Origin: a virus
Lineage: Duplodnaviria > Heunggongvirae > Uroviricota > Caudoviricetes
Strand: one strand, 5' to 3'
Virus record (IMG/VR): IMGVR_UViG_3300012348_000120
Length of the DNA: 46,205 nucleotides
Shown in pieces: positions 7,660 through 17,010 of the stretch. Within the stretch, counting starts at the first letter, position 1, and every line of letters starts with the position of its first letter. A program made the position numbers and the translations under genes. The notes under the pieces were generated by a model. That model was not told where the DNA came from. It did no database searches and saw only the letters and a program-made list of their open reading frames with translations.

Positions 7660-8008
7660 TCTAAGTTGTGGTGTGAGTGTCACCGTTTCTGTTTCGAGGT
7701 AGGTGACCCACCCAAGTAGATTAGGCAGCTAGTGCGTAAGCTACAGGAGCAAAGTTTTCGTTTGCATTTAGTTTTTTGGCTGAATAACGTAGGCCAACAC
7801 GGTAATCTCCACTTGCTTTCAACACCTGTCGATCCTATTTCGAGCCCATCAAAGATACACTTCCTACATTTCGTAGTTGCGTCTAACTGCCTTTGACTGT
7901 CCATACGGTTAGACCTAGTTTTCGTATGCGTCATCAAAGTGTATCTGTGGTGGACCCGCTGGGTACTGCCCCCAGGTCCAGAATGTCTATCGTCTGCTTC
8001 AACGATTA
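7660..8008 (-). ncRNA. ssrA: Circularly permuted (two-piece) tmRNA, alphaproteobacterial type
   Basis: Order on the minus strand: T-arm CTGGG-GGCAGTA-CCCAG plus CGGGTCC-ACCA (CCA ends 7948); 100-nt intervening segment; 5' acceptor strand GGGCTCG-AAATAGGATCGAC (starts 7847) giving G3.U70; pk1-like TTGGC/GCCAA; resume context TAAAT-GCA; tag ANENFAPVAYALAA* (7765-7721). Outer boundaries are approximate. Confidence 0.92.
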
Positions 8009-8014
8009 CAATAC

Positions 8015-8045
8015 TATTTATGCCACAATGTTGATCAAATGTCAA
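8015..8045 (-). promoter_or_regulatory. tmRNA promoter (TTGACA-17-CATAAA, overlapping a CATAAATA late motif)
   Basis: -35 at 8040-8045 and late-type element at 8015-8022. Confidence 0.55.
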
Positions 8046-9406
8046 GAAAAACTTGAACGATTGCTAACATAATTTTCCACACAAACCTTTTTTTTGTTGT
8101 AAAATTCCTCTGTGTAGAAATCAACATGACGAATATGTATCATATCTTTCCAGTCATACCCAACTCCACCAAACATACTAAGCGCAAATGCAGCCAAGGT
8201 TGTTCGGTTTTGATTCTGTATTCTAAACTCATCTGCTATGTTATTTGCAGTGTCTAAGTTCCATATGCCATTTTCCCAATAACTATCATCATGAGGAAAA
8301 ACGAAACCGTATTTTTCTGCGTTCACGGCAAACTCGGACTTCTTTGAACTCAGATCAAGACCTATGAAATAACCGTTCAAATCATTATCTTGTAGCCATT
8401 TGTTATCATCTCGTAGTTGCTGCGGGGTTTGACCAGGCAAACCAGCGATGAACCCCATTTCCCAGTTTATATCTGGATACCACTGTTTTTTCAGATGCAG
8501 TAAAAATTCTTTTCCATGTTGACCGCTCCATCCTTTTCCAATTAATTTTGAACTCTGCGTCTCAAAGGATTCTATTCCAAAAAAGCAACTTCTCATTCCG
8601 CTTTTTCGTAATGAGTTTATCATAGATGGATACCGCCAAATTAAATCCGCTCTACAATACCCAACCCATTCTAACTCAAACGGCATTCTTTTGGCAATGC
8701 TGACTAACGCCTCAACTTTCTCTTCGCTTTCGTTTACTGTGTCATCAACATAGCTAAACCGAGTTACACCAAAATTCTCATAATAATACAGTATTTCTTG
8801 TTCTACTATATTAAAGTTACGAAGGTAAGTTCCTGGCCTTTTGCCTATCAGTCTATAATCACAAAACTTGCATTTGAATTTGCAACCCCGTCCTAATTCA
8901 ATAGGCAAAACCTCAGTCGGCAATATGGCATCGTTTTTAGTGAATACGGTTCCTGCTGTCTTAATGTCAAATTGACTATGGGTCAAATTGAAAAATATTG
9001 ACAAGTCTTCTTCTGCAAAGCTCTCAAACTTTATCCACGATTCATCAAACAAATGTGTTTTATGCCCGCCGACTATCCATTTTATTTTAGGATATTCATT
9101 TTCAATTTCTGATTTGTTGCTGTATAGCCACTGTGGATGTTTTTCAGAATCCTTAATGAAGGTAGAACTTACTCCGATATATTCTGTTTCGTCGGTGATA
9201 AAACTTTTGGTAAGATGCAGTAATTGATCTTGCGACATTGAATTGGCGAAATCAATAACGATTGTATTGAAATTGTGTTGTCTCAACCAACTCGCGATTC
9301 GATGCGGCCCCAAATACCTACTGAAATGAGCGCCATTATTATTGACAGTAAAACGATTGTCGTCAAAATTTGAACTCGTTATATTCCATATGATAAACTT
9401 TGCCAT
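8042..9406 (-). CDS. Cobalamin-binding radical SAM protein (class B methyltransferase-like)
   Basis: CxxxCxxC (ELGRGCKFKCKFC); N-terminal B12-binding-like domain (GPHRIAS, YIGVSSTF, IVGGH); FFGIESF and FIAGLPGQT. Confidence 0.85.
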   Translation of the reverse strand: MAKFIIWNITSSNFDDNRFTVNNNGAHFSRYLGPHRIASWLRQHNFNTIVIDFANSMSQDQLLHLTKSFITDETEYIGVSSTFIKDSEKHPQWLYSNKSEIENEYPKIKWIVGGHKTHLFDESWIKFESFAEEDLSIFFNLTHSQFDIKTAGTVFTKNDAILPTEVLPIELGRGCKFKCKFCDYRLIGKRPGTYLRNFNIVEQEILYYYENFGVTRFSYVDDTVNESEEKVEALVSIAKRMPFELEWVGYCRADLIWRYPSMINSLRKSGMRSCFFGIESFETQSSKLIGKGWSGQHGKEFLLHLKKQWYPDINWEMGFIAGLPGQTPQQLRDDNKWLQDNDLNGYFIGLDLSSKKSEFAVNAEKYGFVFPHDDSYWENGIWNLDTANNIADEFRIQNQNRTTLAAFALSMFGGVGYDWKDMIHIRHVDFYTEEFYNKKKVCVENYVSNRSSFS

Positions 9407-9420
9407 CTTAATGCCAACAG

Positions 9421-9585
9421 TCAGTCAAAATGGTTCCAACTCGATGGAGCATTTTTGACATCGCCATACTTGCGCAAGAATTCGTCAACTGCTTTTTCAC
9501 GATCAAATTTTTCTTCTTTCGGTGGAACGTTGGAAGACTTTTCTTTCTTTCGTTTCACTTTGGATATGAGGTCTGTTATTTTCAT
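9421..9585 (-). CDS. Small basic protein (54 aa, MKITDLISK...), missed by the ORF track
   Basis: Hand-translated ATG 9585 to TGA 9421, with a late motif upstream at 9613-9620. Confidence 0.55.
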   Translation of the reverse strand: MKITDLISKVKRKKEKSSNVPPKEEKFDREKAVDEFLRKYGDVKNAPSSWNHFD

Positions 9586-9612
9586 ATGGCAGCTTTCCTA
9601 TTTTATTATGGG

Positions 9613-9648
9613 TATTTATCGTAAACCAGACAAATTCAAGCATAAATA
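9613..9648. promoter_or_regulatory. Divergent pair of late promoter motifs
   Basis: GATAAATA on minus (9613-9620) and CATAAATA on plus (9641-9648). Confidence 0.6.
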
Positions 9649-9668
9649 TTAGTACAGAAGGTGGCAAT

Positions 9669-10199
9669 ATGATACACAAAGAAATAGATATTAAAATTGA
9701 TATTCAACAATTACTTGACGATGTTACAAAAATCAGTAATGTCGCGGGATGGAAATTAAATCAAATAGCACTTCAATATCACAATGAAATTGACTGGCAC
9801 TCTGGTGTTGGTAAATCTGACTTTTTAAGTGGCAACGAAGAAGAATACATTCATTACCATCCATTTTTAGACGGAATGTATATTAAAGAATTACTAGAAA
9901 GTTTTGATTTTCCAGTCGCACATTCAAGAATTATGCTATTACCTCCCAAGACTTGCTATACTACCCATGTAGATTATTATACACGGTATCATATTCCAGT
10001 GACAAGTAAACCACTTCAAACGTTTATGTTATTCCCAGACAAAGGTGAAATTCTTAGAATGTATCCAGGAAAAGCATATTGGACAAATACGTATGAATTG
10101 CATAATTTTGTCAATGGAACGTATGAAGATAGAATACATATTGTTTTTAACAGCGCATTAGAAAAAAAGAACCTTGACAATCCATATTTGAGTATGTAA
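9669..10199 (+). CDS. Asp/Asn beta-hydroxylase-like 2OG-Fe(II) oxygenase
   Basis: RIMLL..CYTTHVD (HxD), distal LHNFVNG and RIHIVF. Confidence 0.8.
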   Translation: MIHKEIDIKIDIQQLLDDVTKISNVAGWKLNQIALQYHNEIDWHSGVGKSDFLSGNEEEYIHYHPFLDGMYIKELLESFDFPVAHSRIMLLPPKTCYTTHVDYYTRYHIPVTSKPLQTFMLFPDKGEILRMYPGKAYWTNTYELHNFVNGTYEDRIHIVFNSALEKKNLDNPYLSM

Positions 10200-10200
10200 A

Positions 10201-10770
10201 ATGATAGTATGTGAAAAAATTAATGTAGATTTTGATTTCAACAGATTACTGGCAGAATCATTAGATATTATAAATGATATTGGCTGGCATAATGATCAGA
10301 TTTCTTTGCAATATAGTAATGTAGTTGATAGTTGGACTGATGATGTTGATCACTATGGGTATACAAGAAAAGAACACGAATGTGTGAATTGGAATAGTAA
10401 GCTAAATAATTCATACATAAAAGAGGTGATTGAAAGTATTCATCCATATGTATCAAGTGCCAGAATAATGAAATTGCCTGGGCCTGGTTGTTATATAACA
10501 CACGTTGACTTGTATACTAGATTTCAAATTCCACTCATTTTGGACCCGCTAAAAAGCTATATGATTTGGCCAGAGCACAGTCTGGTTGTTCCGTTAAAAC
10601 CTGGCGAAGCCTATTATTGTAATACCCATGAAATACACAATTATGTAAATGGCGAATACGAAGACCGAATAAATATAATTTTTAACGATGCAAGAGAACA
10701 GCCATATTTGGACAATCCGCACATCGACCGACTTTTCAAAAACTTCATAGAGGATATGAAATGGAAATAA
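10201..10770 (+). CDS. Asp/Asn beta-hydroxylase-like 2OG-Fe(II) oxygenase (close paralog of the previous gene)
   Basis: CYITHVD, IHNYVNG and EDRINIIF. Confidence 0.8.
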   Translation: MIVCEKINVDFDFNRLLAESLDIINDIGWHNDQISLQYSNVVDSWTDDVDHYGYTRKEHECVNWNSKLNNSYIKEVIESIHPYVSSARIMKLPGPGCYITHVDLYTRFQIPLILDPLKSYMIWPEHSLVVPLKPGEAYYCNTHEIHNYVNGEYEDRINIIFNDAREQPYLDNPHIDRLFKNFIEDMKWK

Positions 10771-11534
10771 CACTACATGGGAAATTGAAAGATATAAAAA
10801 ATGCTCCTGCATTTGATCACTCCTGTAATCCACGATGCGAACCTGAAAGAGCAGTTCATCCCGCAGCAAAAAAGTTACTATACGTTCCTCACTACAACGT
10901 GGCAAGAGGAATTGACATTGATGTTGACCAAGTAAACCGAGAGATTGAAGTTGCGAACCAAGGTAAATGGGCAAGCTACAACAACGATGTTAAGGGACAG
11001 CGCGGGGCTGGTTTGAGCACCTATTGGAACGCTCGTATGCTACGAAATTTTGTTCCAGATAGTGAATTTGGGTTTGGAGAAACGCTAGACTACCTAGAGC
11101 AAATTGGGCGTCAAGATGAAGTTCATAACGGAAGAGTTCCACCTAGCTCTCTGACCGCAACACCGTTGTTTCACGAAGTGCCATACCTTGTCAGTCTCAT
11201 AGAACGATTTGTAACAATAGAGATGTGCGACCGAATTATGATTTCTCGTGTTGAACACAATCAGAGAATTAACTGGCACAGCCATAATTACTATGAAAAA
11301 ACATACTCACACGCCTATCTTCATATCCCGTTGCGCACAAATGTTGGAACTGAAATGTTAGTGTATATGGATGATACGCTACACCGACAGCATTATGGAG
11401 TTGGTGAAGCATGGGTAATAAACACACAACACAACCATGCTGTAAATAACAAGATAAACGGCGAAGATCGTTATCACATTTTAATACTAGCAAATTTTGA
11501 GGATAAAAAATTTAATGAATTACTTTTGGGTTAA
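10761..11534 (+). CDS. Asp/Asn beta-hydroxylase-like cupin oxygenase with HxH in place of HxD
   Basis: RIMISRV..INWHSH, LHIPL, HNHAVNN and DRYHIL. Confidence 0.7.
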   Translation: MEITLHGKLKDIKNAPAFDHSCNPRCEPERAVHPAAKKLLYVPHYNVARGIDIDVDQVNREIEVANQGKWASYNNDVKGQRGAGLSTYWNARMLRNFVPDSEFGFGETLDYLEQIGRQDEVHNGRVPPSSLTATPLFHEVPYLVSLIERFVTIEMCDRIMISRVEHNQRINWHSHNYYEKTYSHAYLHIPLRTNVGTEMLVYMDDTLHRQHYGVGEAWVINTQHNHAVNNKINGEDRYHILILANFEDKKFNELLLG

Positions 11535-11982
11535 TCCAAATACACAGGTCAAAGAAAGCAGTGTCCATGGACTATGCAGATACGCAACCACACGAGTAAA
11601 AAAAGGTGACGTAATATTTGTGGCTGGCGGCGTTGCTATAAACAATCAAGAAACCACTTGGTATAAAGGCTTGCTTATAGACAAGGATTACGTTCTTGAT
11701 TTGCCAGTCGGAAGCGAATACGAGGCTTACGTGAATCATAGCTGTGATCCAAATTGTTACATAGACGGTCAGATAGTGTTTCGTGCTCTTCGGGACATTG
11801 ACGAAGGCGAATTCATTACAGTTGACTACGGAACATTTTTCCTGACCAAGAAAAATCCAATTGATCCTTGTAAATGTGGTGCTGAAAAATGCAGAGGCAA
11901 AGTGACTGGCGAAGACTACAAGACGTTGGACTTGCCTCTTAGTTGGTATGCACAGAAAAAACTAAAAAGCGAAAGTAGTTGA
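11514..11982 (+). CDS. SET-domain methyltransferase with post-SET cysteines
   Basis: SSVHGLCRYA, YVNHSCDPNC, ALRDIDEGEFITVDYG and CKCGAEKCRG; start taken at ATG 11514. Confidence 0.85.
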
Positions 11983-12563
11983 TAGAACGCATGACACTGT
12001 TGACAACGGGAAATCCAAAATATGGATTGGCATCTGCAATAAAGTATGTATTGGGTGGAGACTTTTCAAGTAGGTCTTCTGGCATCGATTTGGAAACAGA
12101 TGATGGGATGGATGCGTTTGTTGAAAAAAGTATGGCTTACTCACAAGTCATACTAAATTGCTATACAGAAAAAATGAACAATTATAGTCAAGCCAGACTA
12201 CTTCATAAAATTTACATCAAGTGGGTTGAAGAAAATAAGAGTGGTCAAATTGTATGTATCGGCAGTATTAGCGATCACATACACAAAGAACAACCTTGGC
12301 TAAAATACGTAAGTTATGGCGCAGAAAAATTAGCACTCAAAAATCTATGCCAGACCATCAATCACAACAGAGATAGTGTTTCTCCAAAGATACGATGCAC
12401 CTATATAAGTTTAGGTCATATGCACACTCCATACGTTGATCGACTTCATCCTGATGAAGTAAAATTAAAAACTGAAAGCGTGGCTGATGTGATAAAATTC
12501 ATATTGCACCATCAAGAATGCATAGAAGAAATAACACTGACCAAGGATAAAACAAATGGATGA
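11979..12563 (+). CDS. Short-chain dehydrogenase/reductase-like protein
   Basis: TTGNPKYGLA Rossmann-like start, IVCIGSIS and YxxxK (YGAEK); TTG start. Confidence 0.65.
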   Translation: MIERMTLLTTGNPKYGLASAIKYVLGGDFSSRSSGIDLETDDGMDAFVEKSMAYSQVILNCYTEKMNNYSQARLLHKIYIKWVEENKSGQIVCIGSISDHIHKEQPWLKYVSYGAEKLALKNLCQTINHNRDSVSPKIRCTYISLGHMHTPYVDRLHPDEVKLKTESVADVIKFILHHQECIEEITLTKDKTNG

Positions 12564-13308
12564 TTACATATATGCATTTGAAATGAAATACAACAGAGAG
12601 TATTTGTTTGACACAGTTAGACAAATAACTCACTGGCCTGCGTATGCCGATCCAAACACTGCATTCAAAACATCACACCGAGATATTCTGTTTCCAATCG
12701 ATATGGAAGCAATCAAAATAAAAAATTCAATATTGACTTCTACTACATACAGTTTTAGTGTAGTTCCACCTGGTCATGAAACTGGATGGCATACGGATAA
12801 AAACCGAGGATGCACTCTTATACTCCCAATAAATCCAGAACCTCATTTGATAAAATTCAATGTAGATGAAAACATCATAGATTATTACTATGATGGGCCA
12901 GTCATAACAAATGCAAAAACATTACACAATGGAATAAATCATACTGATGTAAATCGTTATAATCTTTTGTTTCATTTTGATTTGCCATATCATGATGTAA
13001 TGGACTTAATAAAAAATAACAATCTAATTGATGATTGGAAACAGACTTACGACATTGCGTTATTTTATGATTCGCCTATGATTTCAGAATACTTCAACAC
13101 TACTACTGATATTGAGAATGCATCAATATTGATTACGGACGATATTGAATTGGCTAATTCATATGAGAATAGAAAGTTCATAATATTCATCGGAGATAGC
13201 AACAAAAAATTCGTTGAAGTAATAGGCAAAAATCACAATGAAATAATAAAAACAATCAAATTCATTCTTGATTGCCCATTTAAAATAAAATCTGTTGTAT
13301 TGGAGTAA
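12556..13308 (+). CDS. 2OG-Fe(II) oxygenase with a C-terminal extension
   Basis: TGWHTD, distal LHNGIN and RYNLLF. Confidence 0.7.
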   Translation: MDDYIYAFEMKYNREYLFDTVRQITHWPAYADPNTAFKTSHRDILFPIDMEAIKIKNSILTSTTYSFSVVPPGHETGWHTDKNRGCTLILPINPEPHLIKFNVDENIIDYYYDGPVITNAKTLHNGINHTDVNRYNLLFHFDLPYHDVMDLIKNNNLIDDWKQTYDIALFYDSPMISEYFNTTTDIENASILITDDIELANSYENRKFIIFIGDSNKKFVEVIGKNHNEIIKTIKFILDCPFKIKSVVLE

Positions 13309-13310
13309 GT

Positions 13311-13889
13311 ATGTTTACGTTTGATTCAAGTATAATAAAGTTTGACTTGCAAAATGAAGAAATATACAAATATCTTTTTTCCGCTGAATGGAGAAAGTCA
13401 GTTATAGATGATGGGTATCATAATTATGGCGGCTTCACAGATGTATTGAAAACGCCTTCTAACAAAGTATTCAATACAGGAAATTACTGCATTGGCGACA
13501 AGCATACCGATTTAGTTGATAGACAGTTCAAAGAAATGTTTGGATGCTTTGTTGAGAGTCACTACATCAGTATTCTTCCAATGTGCAAAGTTGGTGAGCA
13601 CTATGACATATATGATGCAGATGACGAAACTGTGAATGCAACAGAGAATGACTTCATTAACACCAGCATACTATATCCAGTGTTTGGAGATATTGACGTA
13701 ACTGGAAATGGAGTTACAAGACGTTTGATGCCAAACGTATTTACAGTGATTGATACTTCTAAGCTGCATGACGGAATGAATTTAAATAAATCGCTGTCTT
13801 GGTGCACCAGTTCATTATGCTATAATATAACATATTTGGAAGTAAAAGAAAAATTAAAAGACTTTATAGTGGAAGATTTAGATGAGTGA
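13311..13889 (+). CDS. 2OG-Fe(II) oxygenase-like protein
   Basis: VGEHYD and distal LHDGMN. Confidence 0.6.
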   Translation: MFTFDSSIIKFDLQNEEIYKYLFSAEWRKSVIDDGYHNYGGFTDVLKTPSNKVFNTGNYCIGDKHTDLVDRQFKEMFGCFVESHYISILPMCKVGEHYDIYDADDETVNATENDFINTSILYPVFGDIDVTGNGVTRRLMPNVFTVIDTSKLHDGMNLNKSLSWCTSSLCYNITYLEVKEKLKDFIVEDLDE

Positions 13890-14427
13890 ATTATATACAT
13901 TTTTGCCAGAATTAAAAGTTGATCTTGCCGATATTACAAAAACAATTGAAGATAAAAATGGTTGGGTTGAAATAACACCAGAAAAAGAAAACCATGGATA
14001 TGTTCAATACTATAAGAATTATCAACCAGAATGGCTTACGTCACAGCTTCTTCCTATTTGGAGTTATATGGGTCTACTCATAGCGTGTAGAGCGGGCGAG
14101 TATTTAATTCCACATGTGGATACTGGCAGAACAAGTGGCATACTTATTCCTTGCACAAACAGCTATACTGAGAATACATTGGACTTTTGGGATATTCCTG
14201 CGTGGGATGGGACAATTGGAAAACAAGAAAAATTCCATGACTATAGTGATGGCAAGATAATAGATCAAGTTCTATATACCTCCCCCATACTATTTAAAAA
14301 TGTGCCACATGGAGTAGACAACCGAAACAGCACAGACGGTAGAATTAATCTGAGTGTATGCTTTATGGAACCATACACATATGAAGTCGTAAAATCACTA
14401 TATGAAAAGGGACTGTTGATAAGATAA
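13882..14427 (+). CDS. 2OG-Fe(II) oxygenase-like protein
   Basis: LIPHVD, distal PHGVDN and RINLSV. Confidence 0.7.
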   Translation: MSELYTFLPELKVDLADITKTIEDKNGWVEITPEKENHGYVQYYKNYQPEWLTSQLLPIWSYMGLLIACRAGEYLIPHVDTGRTSGILIPCTNSYTENTLDFWDIPAWDGTIGKQEKFHDYSDGKIIDQVLYTSPILFKNVPHGVDNRNSTDGRINLSVCFMEPYTYEVVKSLYEKGLLIR

Positions 14428-15197
14428 TGAAAGAATATTGGAATGACTTTTTGCCTGGTCCGCTCCCTCTACCACAGTATAGAAAAAACTTGCCCTATTT
14501 TCTATCACAGTCTGAGAAAACCTCATTCGAAGAAGCCCTGAAGGTCCAACCTACCGATTGGAAATACAGAACCAAGCCAATAAGATACGATCTAAATAGA
14601 TCAGACTACCGAACAAAAGAATGGGATATGATTGATTGGGGGCAAGCAATAGTTGTTCTTGGTTGCTCACACGTGTTCGGAGAAGGAAATTCAATAGACG
14701 AAACACTGTGTCACCAACTTGAAAAAATTACTGGACATGATGTAGTCAATTTGGGAGTCACTGGTAGTAGTCCGCTATTCAGTTGGCACAACAGTCTTAT
14801 TCTCAACAAGAAATACCCAACTCCATATGCGGTAGTTCAGGTATGGTCCAGTCCATCCAGAATACCATACTACGCTGAAACCATATGCAAAAGAATTGGA
14901 CCTTGGAGTGGATCAATATGGGATGAGTATGACACTTCTGCAAAAAACTTGTTTGAACTATGGAATGAATCAGAATCTCACACCTATAATAGTTTGTATT
15001 TCACATCGGAAGCAAGTCAAGTGTTCTGGTCAGACAAAACAAGATATGCACAAGGTAGTTACTTTAAAGACGTATCCGACTTTTTGAATATTTCTTTCTA
15101 TCAAGAGATAGATTTGGCAAGAGATTTAATTCACTATGGAGAAATGACACACCGAATTGCCGCAGAAGATATTGCGACTCAAATAGAAAGAATGTAA
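14427..15197 (+). CDS. SGNH-like hydrolase family protein
   Basis: VVLGCSHVFGEG (Ser in block I), VNLGVTGSS and C-terminal DLIHYG (DxxH). Confidence 0.65.
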   Translation: MKEYWNDFLPGPLPLPQYRKNLPYFLSQSEKTSFEEALKVQPTDWKYRTKPIRYDLNRSDYRTKEWDMIDWGQAIVVLGCSHVFGEGNSIDETLCHQLEKITGHDVVNLGVTGSSPLFSWHNSLILNKKYPTPYAVVQVWSSPSRIPYYAETICKRIGPWSGSIWDEYDTSAKNLFELWNESESHTYNSLYFTSEASQVFWSDKTRYAQGSYFKDVSDFLNISFYQEIDLARDLIHYGEMTHRIAAEDIATQIERM

Positions 15198-15198
15198 A

Positions 15199-15708
15199 TT
15201 GAAAATTGCAATTACAGGCCATACCAAAGGATTAGGAAAAACAATATGCGATATTCATGGACAACATAATATCGTTGGATTTTCAAGATCAAATGGATTT
15301 GATATAACTGTGAAAGAACACAGAGAAAGAATGATAGACCTTTCGCAAGACTGCGATGTTTTTATCAATAATGCGTATGATAAGTTTGGCCAAATAGAAT
15401 TGCTATACGATCTTTATGGCAATTGGAAAAACAAGAACAAGACGATTGTAACCATAGGAAGCTATGCATCAAATGCTGCCGAATGGAGATTACAACCATG
15501 TTTATACAGCACAGTGAAAAAAGCATTAGACGTAGTTACGTATCAATTAGTAAACAGCCATGATAGAAATGGCTGCAAATTGATGATATTTAAACCAAGT
15601 TATATTGGAGATGGGGAAAACAAAATACCATATCAATTTGCAGCGAAATATTTGCTTGATGCGATAAAAAATAACACACATCAAACGATTGAGTTAGTTT
15701 TAAGATAA
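15199..15708 (+). CDS. Short-chain dehydrogenase/reductase
   Basis: IAITGHTKGLG, DVFINNA, IVTIGS and YSTVK; TTG start. Confidence 0.8.
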   Translation: MKIAITGHTKGLGKTICDIHGQHNIVGFSRSNGFDITVKEHRERMIDLSQDCDVFINNAYDKFGQIELLYDLYGNWKNKNKTIVTIGSYASNAAEWRLQPCLYSTVKKALDVVTYQLVNSHDRNGCKLMIFKPSYIGDGENKIPYQFAAKYLLDAIKNNTHQTIELVLR

Positions 15709-16362
15709 AACCTGATTCCTAATGTCGTCTGTAATCTCGCCATTGTGTTCAATGTAAATTATTGTATCATGAGTTGGTTTCCAACTAAACCCTTCCTCCA
15801 ATATATTTGCATACACATATTGTAACAGATCACTTTTTTTGCTGACCTTAAAAATCATATTCGGTTGTATCTTAAAAGACTGATAGGTTTCTGTCATAAA
15901 ATACGGAACTGCATCGCCACGAAATGGCATCTTTTTCTTGTGTTGATACATTGCATTCAACGCCTTATTATTGACATTATGTGTCCAGTATAAGACTTTC
16001 AGCCCTTGTTGTTTTGCCCAAGATACCTGCTTTTCTAACATTCTGAATCCTGCGTTGCTATGGCGGAACTTTTTAAGAATGTGATACCTACATATTCTTC
16101 CAGCAATATCTGGATCACCAGTGTAGTGACTTCTTTCCACTACACTGATACTTGCAAGTTCATCGCCAACAAATGTCATCCAAGTCTGCCCGTTCAAATT
16201 GTCTGGATCATACTTTTCGTAACTTAAAGAATCATTGCCTTCTGCAAATGTCTGTTGTCTGAAATCCTCAATCGCTTGTCTATAACTTGGATCATACTCC
16301 ACGACATAGACGTTTTCATAAACTACTATGTCCAAATTTACATTTGTCTCTACGTTGCTCAT
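15700..16362 (-). CDS. GNAT-family acyl/acetyltransferase
   Basis: RYHILKKFRHSNAG acetyl-CoA-binding-like motif A, then WAKQQG and NKALNAMY. Confidence 0.65.
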   Translation of the reverse strand: MSNVETNVNLDIVVYENVYVVEYDPSYRQAIEDFRQQTFAEGNDSLSYEKYDPDNLNGQTWMTFVGDELASISVVERSHYTGDPDIAGRICRYHILKKFRHSNAGFRMLEKQVSWAKQQGLKVLYWTHNVNNKALNAMYQHKKKMPFRGDAVPYFMTETYQSFKIQPNMIFKVSKKSDLLQYVYANILEEGFSWKPTHDTIIYIEHNGEITDDIRNQVLS

Positions 16363-16389
16363 TCTTCTGTCCTTGTTGTTTGAGGTATA

Positions 16390-17010
16390 TTATACTTCAA
16401 AATTTTCAACGTCTGCTTGTCCGTCAAGACTAAACATAAGAGCGATGCGTGGCTTGTCACTTCTGTTAAAGACTGCGTGTGGATAAGCAATATTTAAAAA
16501 GTATGCATTTCCTGGTTTTAGAATGTATTCTTCAATTTGACCATCTCGCTTAAACTGATTAATAACCAAGTCGTCAGAATAAATTGGGCAGATACAACGA
16601 ACTGCGTAACTTACGTCATAGTCAACATGAAATGGGATTTCTTTTCCTGCTGCCAGTTTTGTAATACGAACTCTACTCGCAGGAGCCTTGCACTGATTTA
16701 CAATATTCTCAAACACGCTGCCTATGAACTCTTCTGTTGGAACATTATACAAATGTTCTTCCTTGCGACGAAGGCGTTCTTTTACGTTGTCAGTGTATGG
16801 TAGAATTTTGCTTGGCTTTGTCAAGTTAATCTGTTCAAAGTTGTCGTATACTTGCTCAACTAATGCCATATGATTATCACAGAGCATCGGATTCGCGGTG
16901 CGAACATCAACAAATTTGGCGGCAAGCGCGTCTGTCTCTCTTTGCAATCTTTCTAAATCAATGTCAAGATTTAAATTTGCAATCGTTGGAAGTTGGTGTT
17001 TTTTCTTCAT
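16390..17010 (-). CDS. Asp/Asn beta-hydroxylase-like 2OG-Fe(II) oxygenase
   Basis: RVRITKL..IPFHVD, PHAVFN and RIALMF. Confidence 0.85.
   Translation of the reverse strand: MKKKHQLPTIANLNLDIDLERLQRETDALAAKFVDVRTANPMLCDNHMALVEQVYDNFEQINLTKPSKILPYTDNVKERLRRKEEHLYNVPTEEFIGSVFENIVNQCKAPASRVRITKLAAGKEIPFHVDYDVSYAVRCICPIYSDDLVINQFKRDGQIEEYILKPGNAYFLNIAYPHAVFNRSDKPRIALMFSLDGQADVENFEV

Noticed and set aside
7915-7940. Hammerhead-like TGATGA...GAAA in the tmRNA intervening segment
   Set aside because: The core lacks the CUGA C, stem II cannot form (C opposite C), and there are no matching stems I and III
7680-8045. 121-aa minus-strand ORF from the ORF track
   Set aside because: It lies entirely over the tmRNA gene, has no SD or protein motifs, and the RNA structure explains the sequence
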